This document shows positions 51,595 to 62,590 of a DNA stretch of 64,000 nucleotides, piece after piece. Origin of the DNA: Catajapyx aquilonaris (Eukaryota). The notes below the pieces were generated by a model. That model searched no databases. It saw nothing but the letters and a program-made list of their open reading frames with translations, and was not told the DNA's origin. The translations under genes were made by a program, and so were the position numbers. Where the stretch lies: assembly GCA_000934665.2 (NCBI GenBank), contig KZ538212.1:1-64000 (forward strand). Direction: 5' to 3'. Positions within the stretch are counted from its first letter, which is position 1; every line of letters starts with the position of its first letter.

Positions 51595-53819
51595 CCCCCC
51601 CCCCCCTTTAAAAAAAGTTGCGCCAGAAAATTGAATCATGGTGTGTGTGGCAAATGACCTAGGTCAGTTTTCAGCTCACGCACTCAACTTCCCTTTGATT
51701 CTTCCCGTTTTTTTTTATCTGGTCGTTTTTAGGCAGAGGGGGGCTGCTATTAGCGATATTACGAGCCGGTCATGTTTCGAATTTTGAAGAAGAAAAAAAA
51801 GAAACAAAATCTGGCCTGCAGTTGGACGTAATTGCATATTATGCGATTATCCGGACGAATATATTAATCGGAATATTATGCGATTATACGGATGAGTCGA
51901 GTAATTCGCGAGTTATATGCACAGGGTTGATATTTGGCGAATAGTTGCGCGATAATCAGTAATGCAATTAAATGGAAACTGCTGCATATATAATAACGAC
52001 CATAATAGACAGTGATGTCGGCCTTGACTTGATCATGTAACTGGTCGCAAAAAAAAATGGATGCGGAGTGGTCTTTGTCATTTTCTCACCACTTAAGTGT
52101 ACATAACCCAAAGGGACAAAGCAGAAATCCTTAATTATTATCCTTCATCCAACTTATCAGCAGAGACGTGCAGGAAACGGGATCCTTTTTTGCGCATGTG
52201 TGCTTCTCTTCAAATTTTTTTGTGTGCATGATGTCCTGAGTTTCCTTTGATCCAAGGTGAAGCGACCCAAAAATGGGCAAACGATATGACCTGATTTATC
52301 GAGGTGGAAATGAGCGAGCAATTAAGTGTGTTGTGATTAAACCTCCGTGTAATTTAAGGGCTCCAGAGTGTGGAAGGGGGGNAGTTTATTTGCGAATTCC
52401 TCGGGGTCACGGTTGGCAGGCATGGAGCAAGAGGAGGGCAGGGGGGGGGGATGGAGGGGGGGGGGCAAAGGAGGCGCAAGTTGACAGCAACTGTCGTCTC
52501 CCTCCTTGGGAGCCAAAATTAGTCGGTCGGAGGTTGTGTGTCTGTGCCAAGGGAAACAAACGACAGCCGCCACCCCCGACTGACATCCGCCGACCAAAAA
52601 CCCACCCACCCACCCAACCCGCCGTTTTGTCCCATGACGTCAAATGCTCACCCAAATGGTGGGCCTCCCGAAACTATTCGGGCCAAAAATGTGCTGCAAG
52701 TCTTGGAACACAGGATCACATATGGCAGTCGAAAATGTCGAAAATATTGAAAATATCGCGTTCGATATATCGCACATCGATGTTTATCAACAAATATTAC
52801 CGGTATATGATATTAGGAAAATATTTGGATCATGTTCGATATATCGATGCGTCCCGATATATGAAACGTATAATGTCACAAAAAATGGTCTAAGCATGAC
52901 ATTATACGTTTCATTGTCACGTTTAGATCATTTTTTAACATGTGGAGGGTGCCAGATGATATCCACCCAAGTGGTACTCTCACCTGGTACCCAACATTTC
53001 CTTGAACGTCATCATCAATGGAGCATGTACCAAACTTTAGAATTGAAATCTTACAAGGCACACTGTCAATTCAAGTCACGATAACTGTAGCGATTTTTTT
53101 TGCTTTATTTGAACTATCTGTAGCCAAAAATAGCTGCTAATATTATAGGCTAAAATGCTATTGATCATGACTAGCAAGTTTTCTGGCTTGATTCATGCTC
53201 ATCTTTTTGTCCGTTGTACCTTGATGGTGATGTGCAAGAGAGAACCGGGTGCAGAGATTGCCAATCAGTGACCTTGAGGCAATGTCACCCTCGGGACAAA
53301 TTGTCACGCGTTGGCACTGTATTAATTTTAAAGCATGTGCAATCCCCCTCCATGTTGCGTAACCTTTCTTGCTTCACTCCCCTTTGAAAAAAAGCCTGCC
53401 TGCTTTTTCTCATCCCGTTTCTAAATGTGGGGGTCTGCTGATAGGGGGTTTATATAGCACTCCGAAGTTCTAACCATTTGGACCAACCAAAGTTTTCGCA
53501 GAATCAAGCATCCGCTTAGTGCTCAAGCATGCGTGACAAGCAGGTGACACACAGGTGACAATGACCGTGTGACACATGTAGGCGGATGTGCCCATGCTGA
53601 GGCGACCAGTTTTGAGAATCAGTAAGAGTCACTGCCCGTTCCAGTTAGCGATTAGCATGTTAAGCAGGGTCTATAAATATAAGCTAAATTAATATCTTTA
53701 CTATAGAACGAACTCTGACCGGGGAGAGGTGCTGCGCGTACCAAGCATGAACTTCCGTCAAACAGACTTCTTAGTGATTTATAATATAGAGAATGATTTT
53801 TTCAATGTTCTCATTGCAG

Positions 53820-56800
53820 GATACGCAGGGCCATGTTTTGGACAGATGGGCCATCTGCAGTAGAGAAGAAGAGCCCTTGGTCCTTCAGCAGTTCCTCCGG
53901 TTCGCTGAGACTCGTGCGTTGGCGCAGCACCTCCTGGCGCAAGAGTCGTCGTTGTCGTCTCAAGATCGAGACAGGCCAGAACCTGCACACGCCCGTAACT
54001 CCACCATCGACTCGGACATTAAGAAGTTCATCGAGAGGGCGGCCAGGTCGTCGTCGTCCTCGTCGTCGTCAGGGGGCAGCGGCGGAAGGGACGCGGCTGG
54101 TGCGACGGGCGGGAACAGCGCGGTGTCGACGTCCCCGACGACCCCGACGACCAGCACCAGTAGCAGCACCAGCAGTGAAGCCAGGCAGTCTGAATTGCAC
54201 CATCCTCCACACCACCCTTTTCCGGGTCTTCCTGGTCCGCTTGGCCTCCTCCGTTTCCCAGGTGGCAGCATAGGCATGCCGCCGCTGGTGCCATCTAACG
54301 GCCCTCTTCCACTCCTCAGATCCCCAGTCTCACCCTTAAGCCTCTCCCCGCTCAACCGCCTCCAGAGCATGCATCCACTCAACTTCCGGAAGGAGAGGCG
54401 CTCCAGCCCCGAGCCCCTGCCATTGACCGCCTCCGCCCCTATGCCCGGCCCCGGGGCGGCCCCTCCCGCGGCATCCCAGCCCACTCCAACCCATGCTGAC
54501 CTGTCCGCCAGCGACATGGGCTCGGATGAGGAGAACTCTCAAACGGCGTTGAATCTCAGCCGGGACCGTGAACGCGACCGCGACCGCGACCTGGACGATC
54601 GAGCGGACGGGATGGACGACAAGCGGAAGCACCTCCGGAAGGCCACCACTCCGATGAAAAGGTCGTGGACGCCCATCAACTTGGGCACCCAGCTGATCAA
54701 CCCTGCCACGGGCAAAAAGCGGGTACAATGCAACGTGTGTCTGAAGACGTTCTGCGACAAAGGAGCTCTCAAAATCCACTTCTCGGCGGTCCATCTTCGC
54801 GAGATGCACAGGTGCACGGTCGAAGGCTGCAACATGATGTTCAGCTCTCGTCGGTCCAGAAACCGGCACAGCGCCAATCCGAACCCGAAGCTCCATTCGC
54901 CGCATTTGCGACGGAAGATCTCGCCGCACGACGGCAGGTCGTCGTCGTCTCACCACCTCCTTCTGCCTCATAACATTAGCGTTCCTCTCCATCCAATCAC
55001 CGGTGCGCCCATGCCCTTCAACCCCATGTCATCCTTGCCCATGACCTTGCTGACCCCTCCACCTGACCTATCCCGACAAGCAGACTCCAAGCACAGCCTT
55101 GACCTGTCCCTGCACAAGTACGAGGACGGCGAGAAGAGGCTGGACCTCAGCGTGCAGAGCACGACCACGACGTCCTCAGAGGACACGGGCACTCTGGACG
55201 TCCGGGACGGGATGCTGGTCAGCGACATGGACATGCGGGACGCCAAGCGGGTTCGGCTGTCCGACTCGGACGCGGACGACGACACCAGCTTGCCGGACAG
55301 CAACGACGGCGACGACTCCTTGAGCGTCGACAACCACAGCGTCAAGGAGGAGATTGTCGATCACACCTCGGCGTCGAAGGGCGTCCGGAAGAGAAAGAGC
55401 TTGAATCCGGTCCGATGCGCGCTGCCTCTAGACGACGACGACCTTTCATCGGACGACTCGTCGTTGTTCCCTGACGAGAGCCAGGACGGAAAAGACGGGC
55501 ACAGCGACGGCGAGGCCGGAATCAGGACGAGTCTGGTTCCGCTGATGGACAGGTTAAACAAGAAGGACATGTGCAAAGAGCGTGTGGCGCCTCCACCTCC
55601 GGAGGACGACGGTCCCAAGGACATGTCGGTGGACAAGGAGAACGGGACGAGCGACAAAGAAGACAAGAACGACGACCAGCCGGTCAGCGTCAAAATGGAG
55701 GAAGAGGACATGGACCAGCAATCGGGCAATGGCAGTCCGCAACACCATCACGAGAGCGAAGAGGCGATGGACTCTGCCAATGCCCTAAGACACCTCGAGT
55801 GTCTATCTCAGGGCCCGTTCGGTGACCTCATGACCCGGTCCTTGGCAGGTCAGCCGGGACTTCTTCCTAGTCCACTGCCCTTTCCTGTCGGGGTGGTCGC
55901 CCCGTATCTAGGGCAGCCTCACAGCCCGAAATGCGATCGGGACAGGGAGCAGGGTTCGGACAAATCCGGGTCCAATCCGGACTCGCCTTGTCCGGAAGAG
56001 TCTCCCGGTGGCGGAAGCGGAAACGGAAGCGGGTCCATCAGCCACATGCGGGATCAGGGCGGGTACATCGCGGGTATGGAGGTGCCCATCGACAAGGAGA
56101 ACCCGCGACGCTGCACTGCCTGCGGGAAGATATTCCAAAACCACTTCGGAGTCAAAACCCACTACCAAAACGTGCATCTGAAGCTGATGCACAAGTGTAC
56201 GGTCGAAGGCTGCAACGCCGCGTTTCCGTCCAAACGGAGTCGCGACCGACACAGCGCGAACCTCAACCTGCATCGGAAGCTGCTGAGCACGTCGTCGGAC
56301 AAGTCGCCCGGAAGCCTCTTCCTGGACAAGCCGATGGTCGGGGGTGGTCAAGCCGGACTTCACTCTGACTTTCTGGCCAGGCTGTACGGCGAGCCTCACG
56401 GACTGCCCATGAGTCTGGAGGCGTACAAAGCGCATCTGCCGTCCAGCTTGGCCGAGCAGATGATGGTCAACGGAGAGAGGATGCCGCCGACGCCCTCCAG
56501 CATGGGACCCGGCGGGTTACCACCGTCGGCACTACCACCACCTCCGCATCTCCTGATGCCTTCGCTCAACTTCAACAGCCTGAGCGCGTTCGGTGCGTTC
56601 GGAAGCCTCAACGGCGGATCGGCTGCTGCGGCTGCCGCTGCAGCAGCCGCAGCCGCAGCGGCAGCAGCAGCCCACGCGGCGGCCGCGGACAAATCGCGTC
56701 CGTCGTCGCCCAGTCAGCTAGTCTACACCATGGACGAGGACCTTCCGACCCCCGACAGAGACGGCCGACTTCCCTGCAAGTTCTGTCACAAGACAATGGA

Positions 56801-57050
56801 TGACCCCGGTGAACTCCAGCGGCACTACGACCAGCTGCACCTTCCTGAGATGTTCCGGTGTACGGTGCAGGGTTGCAACAAGGTGTTTGCGTCCAGGAAG
56901 CGGCGGAATCTCCACAGCCAGAATGAGGCTGGCCATGCCAAGTCCAGCACCGCGTCTACGACCAACACATCCGCTGACCCGAGGTCACCCACCCCTAACC
57001 CGACCCCAAGCCACACCCCAGCACCCTCCACGTCTCCTGACCCCTCATGA
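53820..57050 (+). CDS. Basonuclin/disco-like terminal coding exon C with three paired C2H2 zinc fingers
   Basis: ttgcag|GAT acceptor. Begins DTQGHVLDRWAICSREEEPLVLQQFLRFAET (basonuclin motif). Finger pairs at ~54729-54896 (KKRVQCNVCLKTFCDKGALKIHFSAVH...HSANPNPKLH, disco signature), ~56112-56273 and ~56775-56936. Basic RKRKS at 55386-55400; TGA at 57048-57050. Confidence 0.97.
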   Translation, partial: DTQGHVLDRWAICSREEEPLVLQQFLRFAETRALAQHLLAQESSLSSQDRDRPEPAHARNSTIDSDIKKFIERAARSSSSSSSSGGSGGRDAAGATGGNSAVSTSPTTPTTSTSSSTSSEARQSELHHPPHHPFPGLPGPLGLLRFPGGSIGMPPLVPSNGPLPLLRSPVSPLSLSPLNRLQSMHPLNFRKERRSSPEPLPLTASAPMPGPGAAPPAASQPTPTHADLSASDMGSDEENSQTALNLSRDRERDRDRDLDDRADGMDDKRKHLRKATTPMKRSWTPINLGTQLINPATGKKRVQCNVCLKTFCDKGALKIHFSAVHLREMHRCTVEGCNMMFSSRRSRNRHSANPNPKLHSPHLRRKISPHDGRSSSSHHLLLPHNISVPLHPITGAPMPFNPMSSLPMTLLTPPPDLSRQADSKHSLDLSLHKYEDGEKRLDLSVQSTTTTSSEDTGTLDVRDGMLVSDMDMRDAKRVRLSDSDADDDTSLPDSNDGDDSLSVDNHSVKEEIVDHTSASKGVRKRKSLNPVRCALPLDDDDLSSDDSSLFPDESQDGKDGHSDGEAGIRTSLVPLMDRLNKKDMCKERVAPPPPEDDGPKDMSVDKENGTSDKEDKNDDQPVSVKMEEEDMDQQSGNGSPQHHHESEEAMDSANALRHLECLSQGPFGDLMTRSLAGQPGLLPSPLPFPVGVVAPYLGQPHSPKCDRDREQGSDKSGSNPDSPCPEESPGGGSGNGSGSISHMRDQGGYIAGMEVPIDKENPRRCTACGKIFQNHFGVKTHYQNVHLKLMHKCTVEGCNAAFPSKRSRDRHSANLNLHRKLLSTSSDKSPGSLFLDKPMVGGGQAGLHSDFLARLYGEPHGLPMSLEAYKAHLPSSLAEQMMVNGERMPPTPSSMGPGGLPPSALPPPPHLLMPSLNFNSLSAFGAFGSLNGGSAAAAAAAAAAAAAAAAAHAAAADKSRPSSPSQLVYTMDEDLPTPDRDGRLPCKFCHKTMDDPGELQRHYDQLHLPEMFRCTVQGCNKVFASRKRRNLHSQNEAGHAKSSTASTTNTSADPRSPTPNPTPSHTPAPSTSPDPS

Positions 57051-59270
57051 CCCTGTCTCCCGCCGCCTTTTCCAAGGTGGGTCTGCGAGGCGTTGGGGAT
57101 CCTTGGGTTGCCTCTGGGAAAGATGCCCTGATGAGCTGTCCCTTGTTGAGGAGGAGAATCCGAATCTGCCCGGATCTTCCGGTGTTAGAAAAAAAAAAGA
57201 AACAGTGCCCACTGCAGAATTATACGAGAAAGAGTGAAAGATCTCGCGGCTTTATTGCTAACACTGCCTTTAGGATCATTCCACTTCATTTTAACTGGCC
57301 CAAAGTTCAAAGTACAATAATATACCCCAGTGACTGGTCTCTCCAACCGTTTTGACCAGCCGTTAACTTTTAACGGATTGTCTTAAAGGTTGGATGGACC
57401 GGACGTAATTCGCACAAATATCGGCAGGTTTTATTTTTTTCATGACTCCTTTGTTTTTGAAAATTGAGAAGAAGGCAGTTTTGGATGTTTTAATTCCAGT
57501 GTTTCTGATCTCAGTTTTCTTGAGCTGTTCCTGCGTCACCATCATTGTTTTGAGGTACCTGAGTCGGACTGGTACGGTTACTCGGTTTTCTCCTCAGAAA
57601 GAGACAGTATACGAAAGTTAATTTTTTTTCGCACAAAAATTGGGGGAAGGGGGTGTAAACTGACTGATTAATTTTCTTAACTATACATGCCTCTCATGAC
57701 CATTTTTTCCGGTACCTCTTCCATTGTTGACGTTCTAGTTCTCCCCCTCCCCCTGGTATTAATTAGAGAGGCTAAACTGTACCAAAATAATTTCCTTGTT
57801 TTTTTTTGCGCCTTGATGTGTATATACTGTAGTATGCAGCATGTACAGAAGCGGCTTGTACATAAACTGGATAGGGGTTGGGCTTGCTGTACGGATTCCC
57901 TTCCTGACCTCTGACCCTTACCTACATGTGACCTCGGGTCCCGTCCCATGACTTGTACACAAATTGTCTAAATCAAACTTGCGAAAGGTATAAACTCTTT
58001 TCGCTCAGGCGGTGCCAACATTTTCAAAGAGACGACAGAAAAAAAATACACAAGTGATTTGTGTGGACTTTTTAAGATTTAAAAATAAAAAAAAGACACG
58101 GGCCGGATGACACGGAAGTGGACAACATTTTTTTTTTGAAAAAAAAGGACAAACCCCGGTGCTTTCTGGATATTGTTTTCTTCTTCTTTGTAAACTTGTT
58201 AGACAAAAAAAAAACAAGTTTTAGAAAAAAAAAGACGCTCCACCTGACTTTGAGTCGGAGGATGCAACAGTGCAATAATGAAGTACATATGTTATAATAT
58301 AAATGGTGAAAATAAGACACTTTAATGTGGACTGAGTGGTGTTTGTTGGAGTGACGGTTTTTTTTGGGAGGGGCAAATTTTTCTTTCTCTTTTTTTTTTC
58401 CTCGATTGTTAGGGCGGCGGCCATTGTTGCTTGGGTTGGTTGGACGACTGGGTCTTCACCGTGTTCGGAAACCTATGCTCAAAGTTCAATTCAAAACGGA
58501 GGTCAGCAGGTGGAGAAAAAATATATATGGGAGGAAATCATAAAATAAAATAAATAGTGTACGTCACCAACAACAACAACAAGAGAAAAAAATGAACGTA
58601 ACGATGTTGTGCGTGTCTTCCTATTAGTTTTTCGAATCTACAATTTTTTGGTGGGGGTTTGGAGGGATACAAAAAAAATAATGTAATTCCGGAGTTGGAT
58701 AAAAAGGATGTTACGTCATTACCAGCAATTTTTCCCCCATGGTTTAAAGAAATATATTAATAAACCGCCCGGTCAAAAAACGCGTTCCGTAGACAAGAGA
58801 GGCGGGTGCAAAAAAAAATTACATGGCGAATCCTCTCACTGGTTCTATTGATTCATTTCGTGTTTACTTACAAAGCAATAAATGTGTCAATGTTCCCCTA
58901 CAGTTTCTACTAGCTGCTAGACTGTACTCCTAGCTAGAGTAGAGGATGATGTCGCCTTTTAAGAGAAAAAAAATCCCGAGATATTTAAAAAAAATAAAGA
59001 AATCCCAGTGTTGTCAGACTATCATACGTACGAGTATGCGAGTGTGGACTGGAAGGTGAAAAATAATTACGAAAAAAATATTGAAAAAATATTGTAATAA
59101 AGGACGCTGCTGACCTTCCTTGGAGGCGCCACTGCGGCATATCAAAACTGGTGATTTTTGTAGTCCATTGTTTCCTCCTCGGGGAAGGTGGTACTTTGAG
59201 TGGCGCCTTACCAAAACCTTCTCTTCGTCACAGGGTGTACCTTTTTGTTAATAAAAAAATAAACATTGGA
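57051..59270 (+). other. Probable 3' UTR with multiple AATAAA polyadenylation signals
   Basis: AT-rich sequence after the stop codon. AATAAA near 58084, 58544-58554, 58759, 58878, 58993, 59096 and 59250-59263. The true cleavage site is unknown. Confidence 0.55.
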
Positions 59271-62200
59271 AAAAAAATATATACCCGAACTCGTGGTGTT
59301 CCCGACTTCCGGACAAGGGCGTCCAATAATATTGTTACCGGATTTGGTTTCTTTTTTTGGAGGAAAAAAAATTAAATGGATGACCCTTGACCTGAAGTGG
59401 GGTGTACCTGCAGTCGCCAGTGTCAGGGCAACACCCCGAGTTGGCCCCCCAGAAAAAAAAGACGAAAAAAAAGTGTGTGAATGCGAAGGATGTAAGTCCA
59501 TGTTGCTTGAAAGAATACAGACCTCAAAGGTGATTACATGTCTTACAATTTCTTTTGCGTCAATCCTCTTTTTTTATTTAAAAAAAAACTACAGGTTGAC
59601 TGCTGATTTTTCTAGCTCTACAGGTTGAGTGATGGCTGATTTTCCTTTTTGCATTTTTTTTTTTGCCAGGTGACCAGTGCATGTTGGGAACAGCTTTTGA
59701 GGAAGTTCCGGTTGTTTCCACGCTTTGCCTGCCTGCTTCACTTACGCAGGCGATCTTGAAATGCTCATTTTTTGAATAATCCTTTCTGCTGCACACATAC
59801 ACAAGGCAGCACACAAGACCTTTCCTCGTCTTACGACAGATCCTGGGAAAATCCAGTCTCAAAATGCGCGGAAACGCAAACCCGTCTCCGCCCCAAAATC
59901 GCACGAGTGAGATTTTTGCCCAATTGACAAACCCTCCTTTTTCCACATGTGAGGGAAAGTTCCCCTCATCGTCTTAATTTAATAAATAAAAAAAATCTGC
60001 AGCACAGTAGTTTTGCTCATGCACATTTTTGGGTTCATTTCTTGTACTTTCTCTCTCGCACCCATCCTGGATATACGTCAAGGGCTTTTGGAAAAGGGGG
60101 GGATTTCTACTAGAGAGAAAAAATATATATAAAGGGATGGAGGACGATCCGATCTGGTCTGTCAGCCTGATAAGTTGATAAGCAGTTTCTCACGCTCGTC
60201 TCTGTAATTACGGAAGAGGTTTTGTCTCAGGAGAGCGACTAGAGGAGGGGTAGATGGAGGGGGGGTTTTTAGTCCCCGCCTCTCTTAGAAGGACGGGGGG
60301 ATGAATTCGCAGGCACAAGAAACGCAAACTTCGAAGATCCGTCACGTCAACATTTTTTTTTCATTCCCATCACTTACTAGACGTCTGCTCATCACAGAAA
60401 AATGCAACCAAGATGGTGGAAATATAGGGCACTGTCAGGCTTTCAGGAAGTGTCCATATACTGGATTTCTTTCGACCTATCGCGTGAGAAGACCTACCGC
60501 AAAAGGCAACGACGTGACCTCAGGTCAGTCGGATTCCCCAACACTTTTTGGCGAGGTCATGTAAGTGGCCGCGTTCAAAAAATTGCAGGTTTCCACAGCC
60601 TGTTTTTTTTTCTGAAGACTGCTCCTGGGCTGCTTCAACTGCTCTGTTGCACAGCCTTATTAAGTCCAATTTTGTTCGGCGGCAATTAGGTGTTGAGACA
60701 GACCACTTCTGCGGATTATGCCGGGAGGACAAAAGTGGACTCCCCAGCTGGAATGTCGGCAGGTCACTTCGAGACAAGCTTTATTGCAGCTGCCGGCTGT
60801 GTCATGTCGACAGAAGTTGTCAGGACTCAGAAAAAAAAAGTGTTGTGGTTTCGGAGTGTACAATACGGGCTCCGGGTTACGTAACGTCCTAGGTCGAGAC
60901 CGTCATACATTTTAGCTTGACAAAAATAGAGGAGGGTCTCATTGAGTGGGTTTGCTGTACTCCTCCCATCAGCCATTAGACTTGAGCTTAATGGGACTCA
61001 GTAATTGCTCCTTGCCCTTTTGCGACGTCCATTTCAAGCCAGCCACTTTTGTTGTTGTTGTCGTTCCGTTGTCGCCAGCTTCTCTCTCTCGATCCCCACC
61101 GAGTGTGCAACCGCCCAGAAGAAGGTTGGTAATGAGGCGTGCAGGTCAAAAGCATCCGGGCTGGAGAAACTGAGATGATTCGGATGACCAATTTAGTGGG
61201 GGGGAAGGAAAAGAAAGAGAGGAGATTGGACAATCAGCGCCGACGCCTTGACCGGAAGGAGGTGGTTAGGAAGGACGCCAGATGATACGATGGTCACCAG
61301 GAGCCAGATGGCACCCGGCGCCAACACACAGGGTGGTCCATATACGACCCTGTAGTGTGTGTGTGCGCATCTTTGAGGAAGTAAGAAAAGGGGGGGAGAG
61401 AACCTGCATAAGTGTGTGAATGAGATTTAGAAGATGTGACGTGCTCTGAAGAGGGTTTCCCAACCCGACATGTCAGTCATGTGCTGGTTGTGTGTTTGGC
61501 AAGCTTCGTACGTGCCATCCCGTGATGCTCTTTTCCTACAGAGTCCGGCACGTGAGACACACCCCTCCGAAGAATATACAGAGGATAGGAGGGTTTAGAG
61601 AGAGGGGGGGGGGGGGAGAAAAAGAATAAGAAGTTTGAATCTTGGTGGCTGCCCATTTTCACATGCACTTGGGAACATCCGCTGCTCTTCCTCACACCCT
61701 GTGAGAGAATCTGGGCACTTTTGCTGTCTTATCGCCTTGTACATTGCCCATTTTGCCCATTGGGGGTAATTGGGCAAGGTATCTGCACTTCCGATGTCTT
61801 CTCGCACAAGAATGTTAATTCCAATCAGTGTATAGTTGCGAGAGGAGAAGCAGGAAAAAAGGTAAAGGTCGGTTGATTTTCTTGGGCCAGTCAGAGGGTG
61901 ACCTTTTGCCGGCATCACAGCACATTCCAAGCCGCCGGGGGTGCCAATTACCCCCAATGTCACGGTTCTGGCCCGACTCGACTGGTCTGACTGCTCGGCG
62001 GAAGAAACTTCAGATTACTTATTGCTTCGTCCTCTCTTCCCCCTCCCCAAAAAATCAGCCTCCAAATGGATTACAAGGGTAGTTCGTGGGGACCATAAAA
62101 TGTATAATTATACACAGCACGTCGACTTGTATCGCACCCAAGGAGACACTTTTTGTCCTCCACTCCAAACTATGCCCTGATGGCGATTGCTTATTTTTAT

Positions 62201-62379
62201 GCGCCGTGAAATAAATTCACCTGGCATTTGTGCTGCTGCTGCTGCTGCTACACCGGTCTAATTATCTGGCCCATAGATAAAAGTAGGCCATTACATAGCG
62301 CTAATTGGATAATGGCCATGTGCTGCCTGCCATTTCGGATCAAAGCCAATTAAAAAGTTTACTCATATTATAGGGTGTG

Positions 62380-62590
62380 GTGGTACATATAGCCGATACG
62401 GTCGCCGTACTGTCCGGTTCTTGGGTTCGAACCTGGTACTGCTCATGGAGAAAAAAAAGGGCAGTGCAAAAAATTTTTTTTGTCATTTGACATGTACCCT
62501 GCTCAATTTGATTCATAGCCTATAAGCCACGGGTTTTACCAGTCCTCCAGTTGTGTCCAGGACCACAGATGGGAAGGCTTTCGGTGAGTG
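62380..62590 (+). mobile_element. Possible degenerate tRNA-derived SINE
   Basis: B-box-like GGGTTCGAACC at ~62423-62433; no cloverleaf and no clear A box or target-site duplication. Confidence 0.25.

Larger units (their letters stand above)
18806..57050 (+). other. Basonuclin/disconnected (disco-r-like) zinc-finger transcription factor gene, spliced coding span; 5' start exon not located
   Basis: Exons of 103, 242 and 3231 nt with AG/GT boundaries join in one open frame (1191 aa + stop). Introns are 18909-47124 (phase 1) and 47367-53819 (phase 0). The translation matches basonuclin N-terminal motifs and disco-type fingers. Confidence 0.95.

Noticed and set aside
53793..53819. ORF-track start MIFSMFSLQ as the true N-terminus (TATAAAT at ~53672)
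   Set aside because: This is the polypyrimidine/acceptor region of the intron; homology continues in frame into exon B.
53833..57237. Overlapping alternative-frame and antisense ORFs within exon C
   Set aside because: Shadow ORFs expected from GC-rich codon usage; no recognisable domains.
61437..61476. Hammerhead ribozyme (CTGAAGAG-stem-CGAC); also CTGATGAG at ~57128
   Set aside because: The GAAA core and a compatible stem I and cleavage triplet are missing.
62395..62445. tRNA gene
   Set aside because: Only a B-box-like motif; no acceptor, D or anticodon stems can be built.
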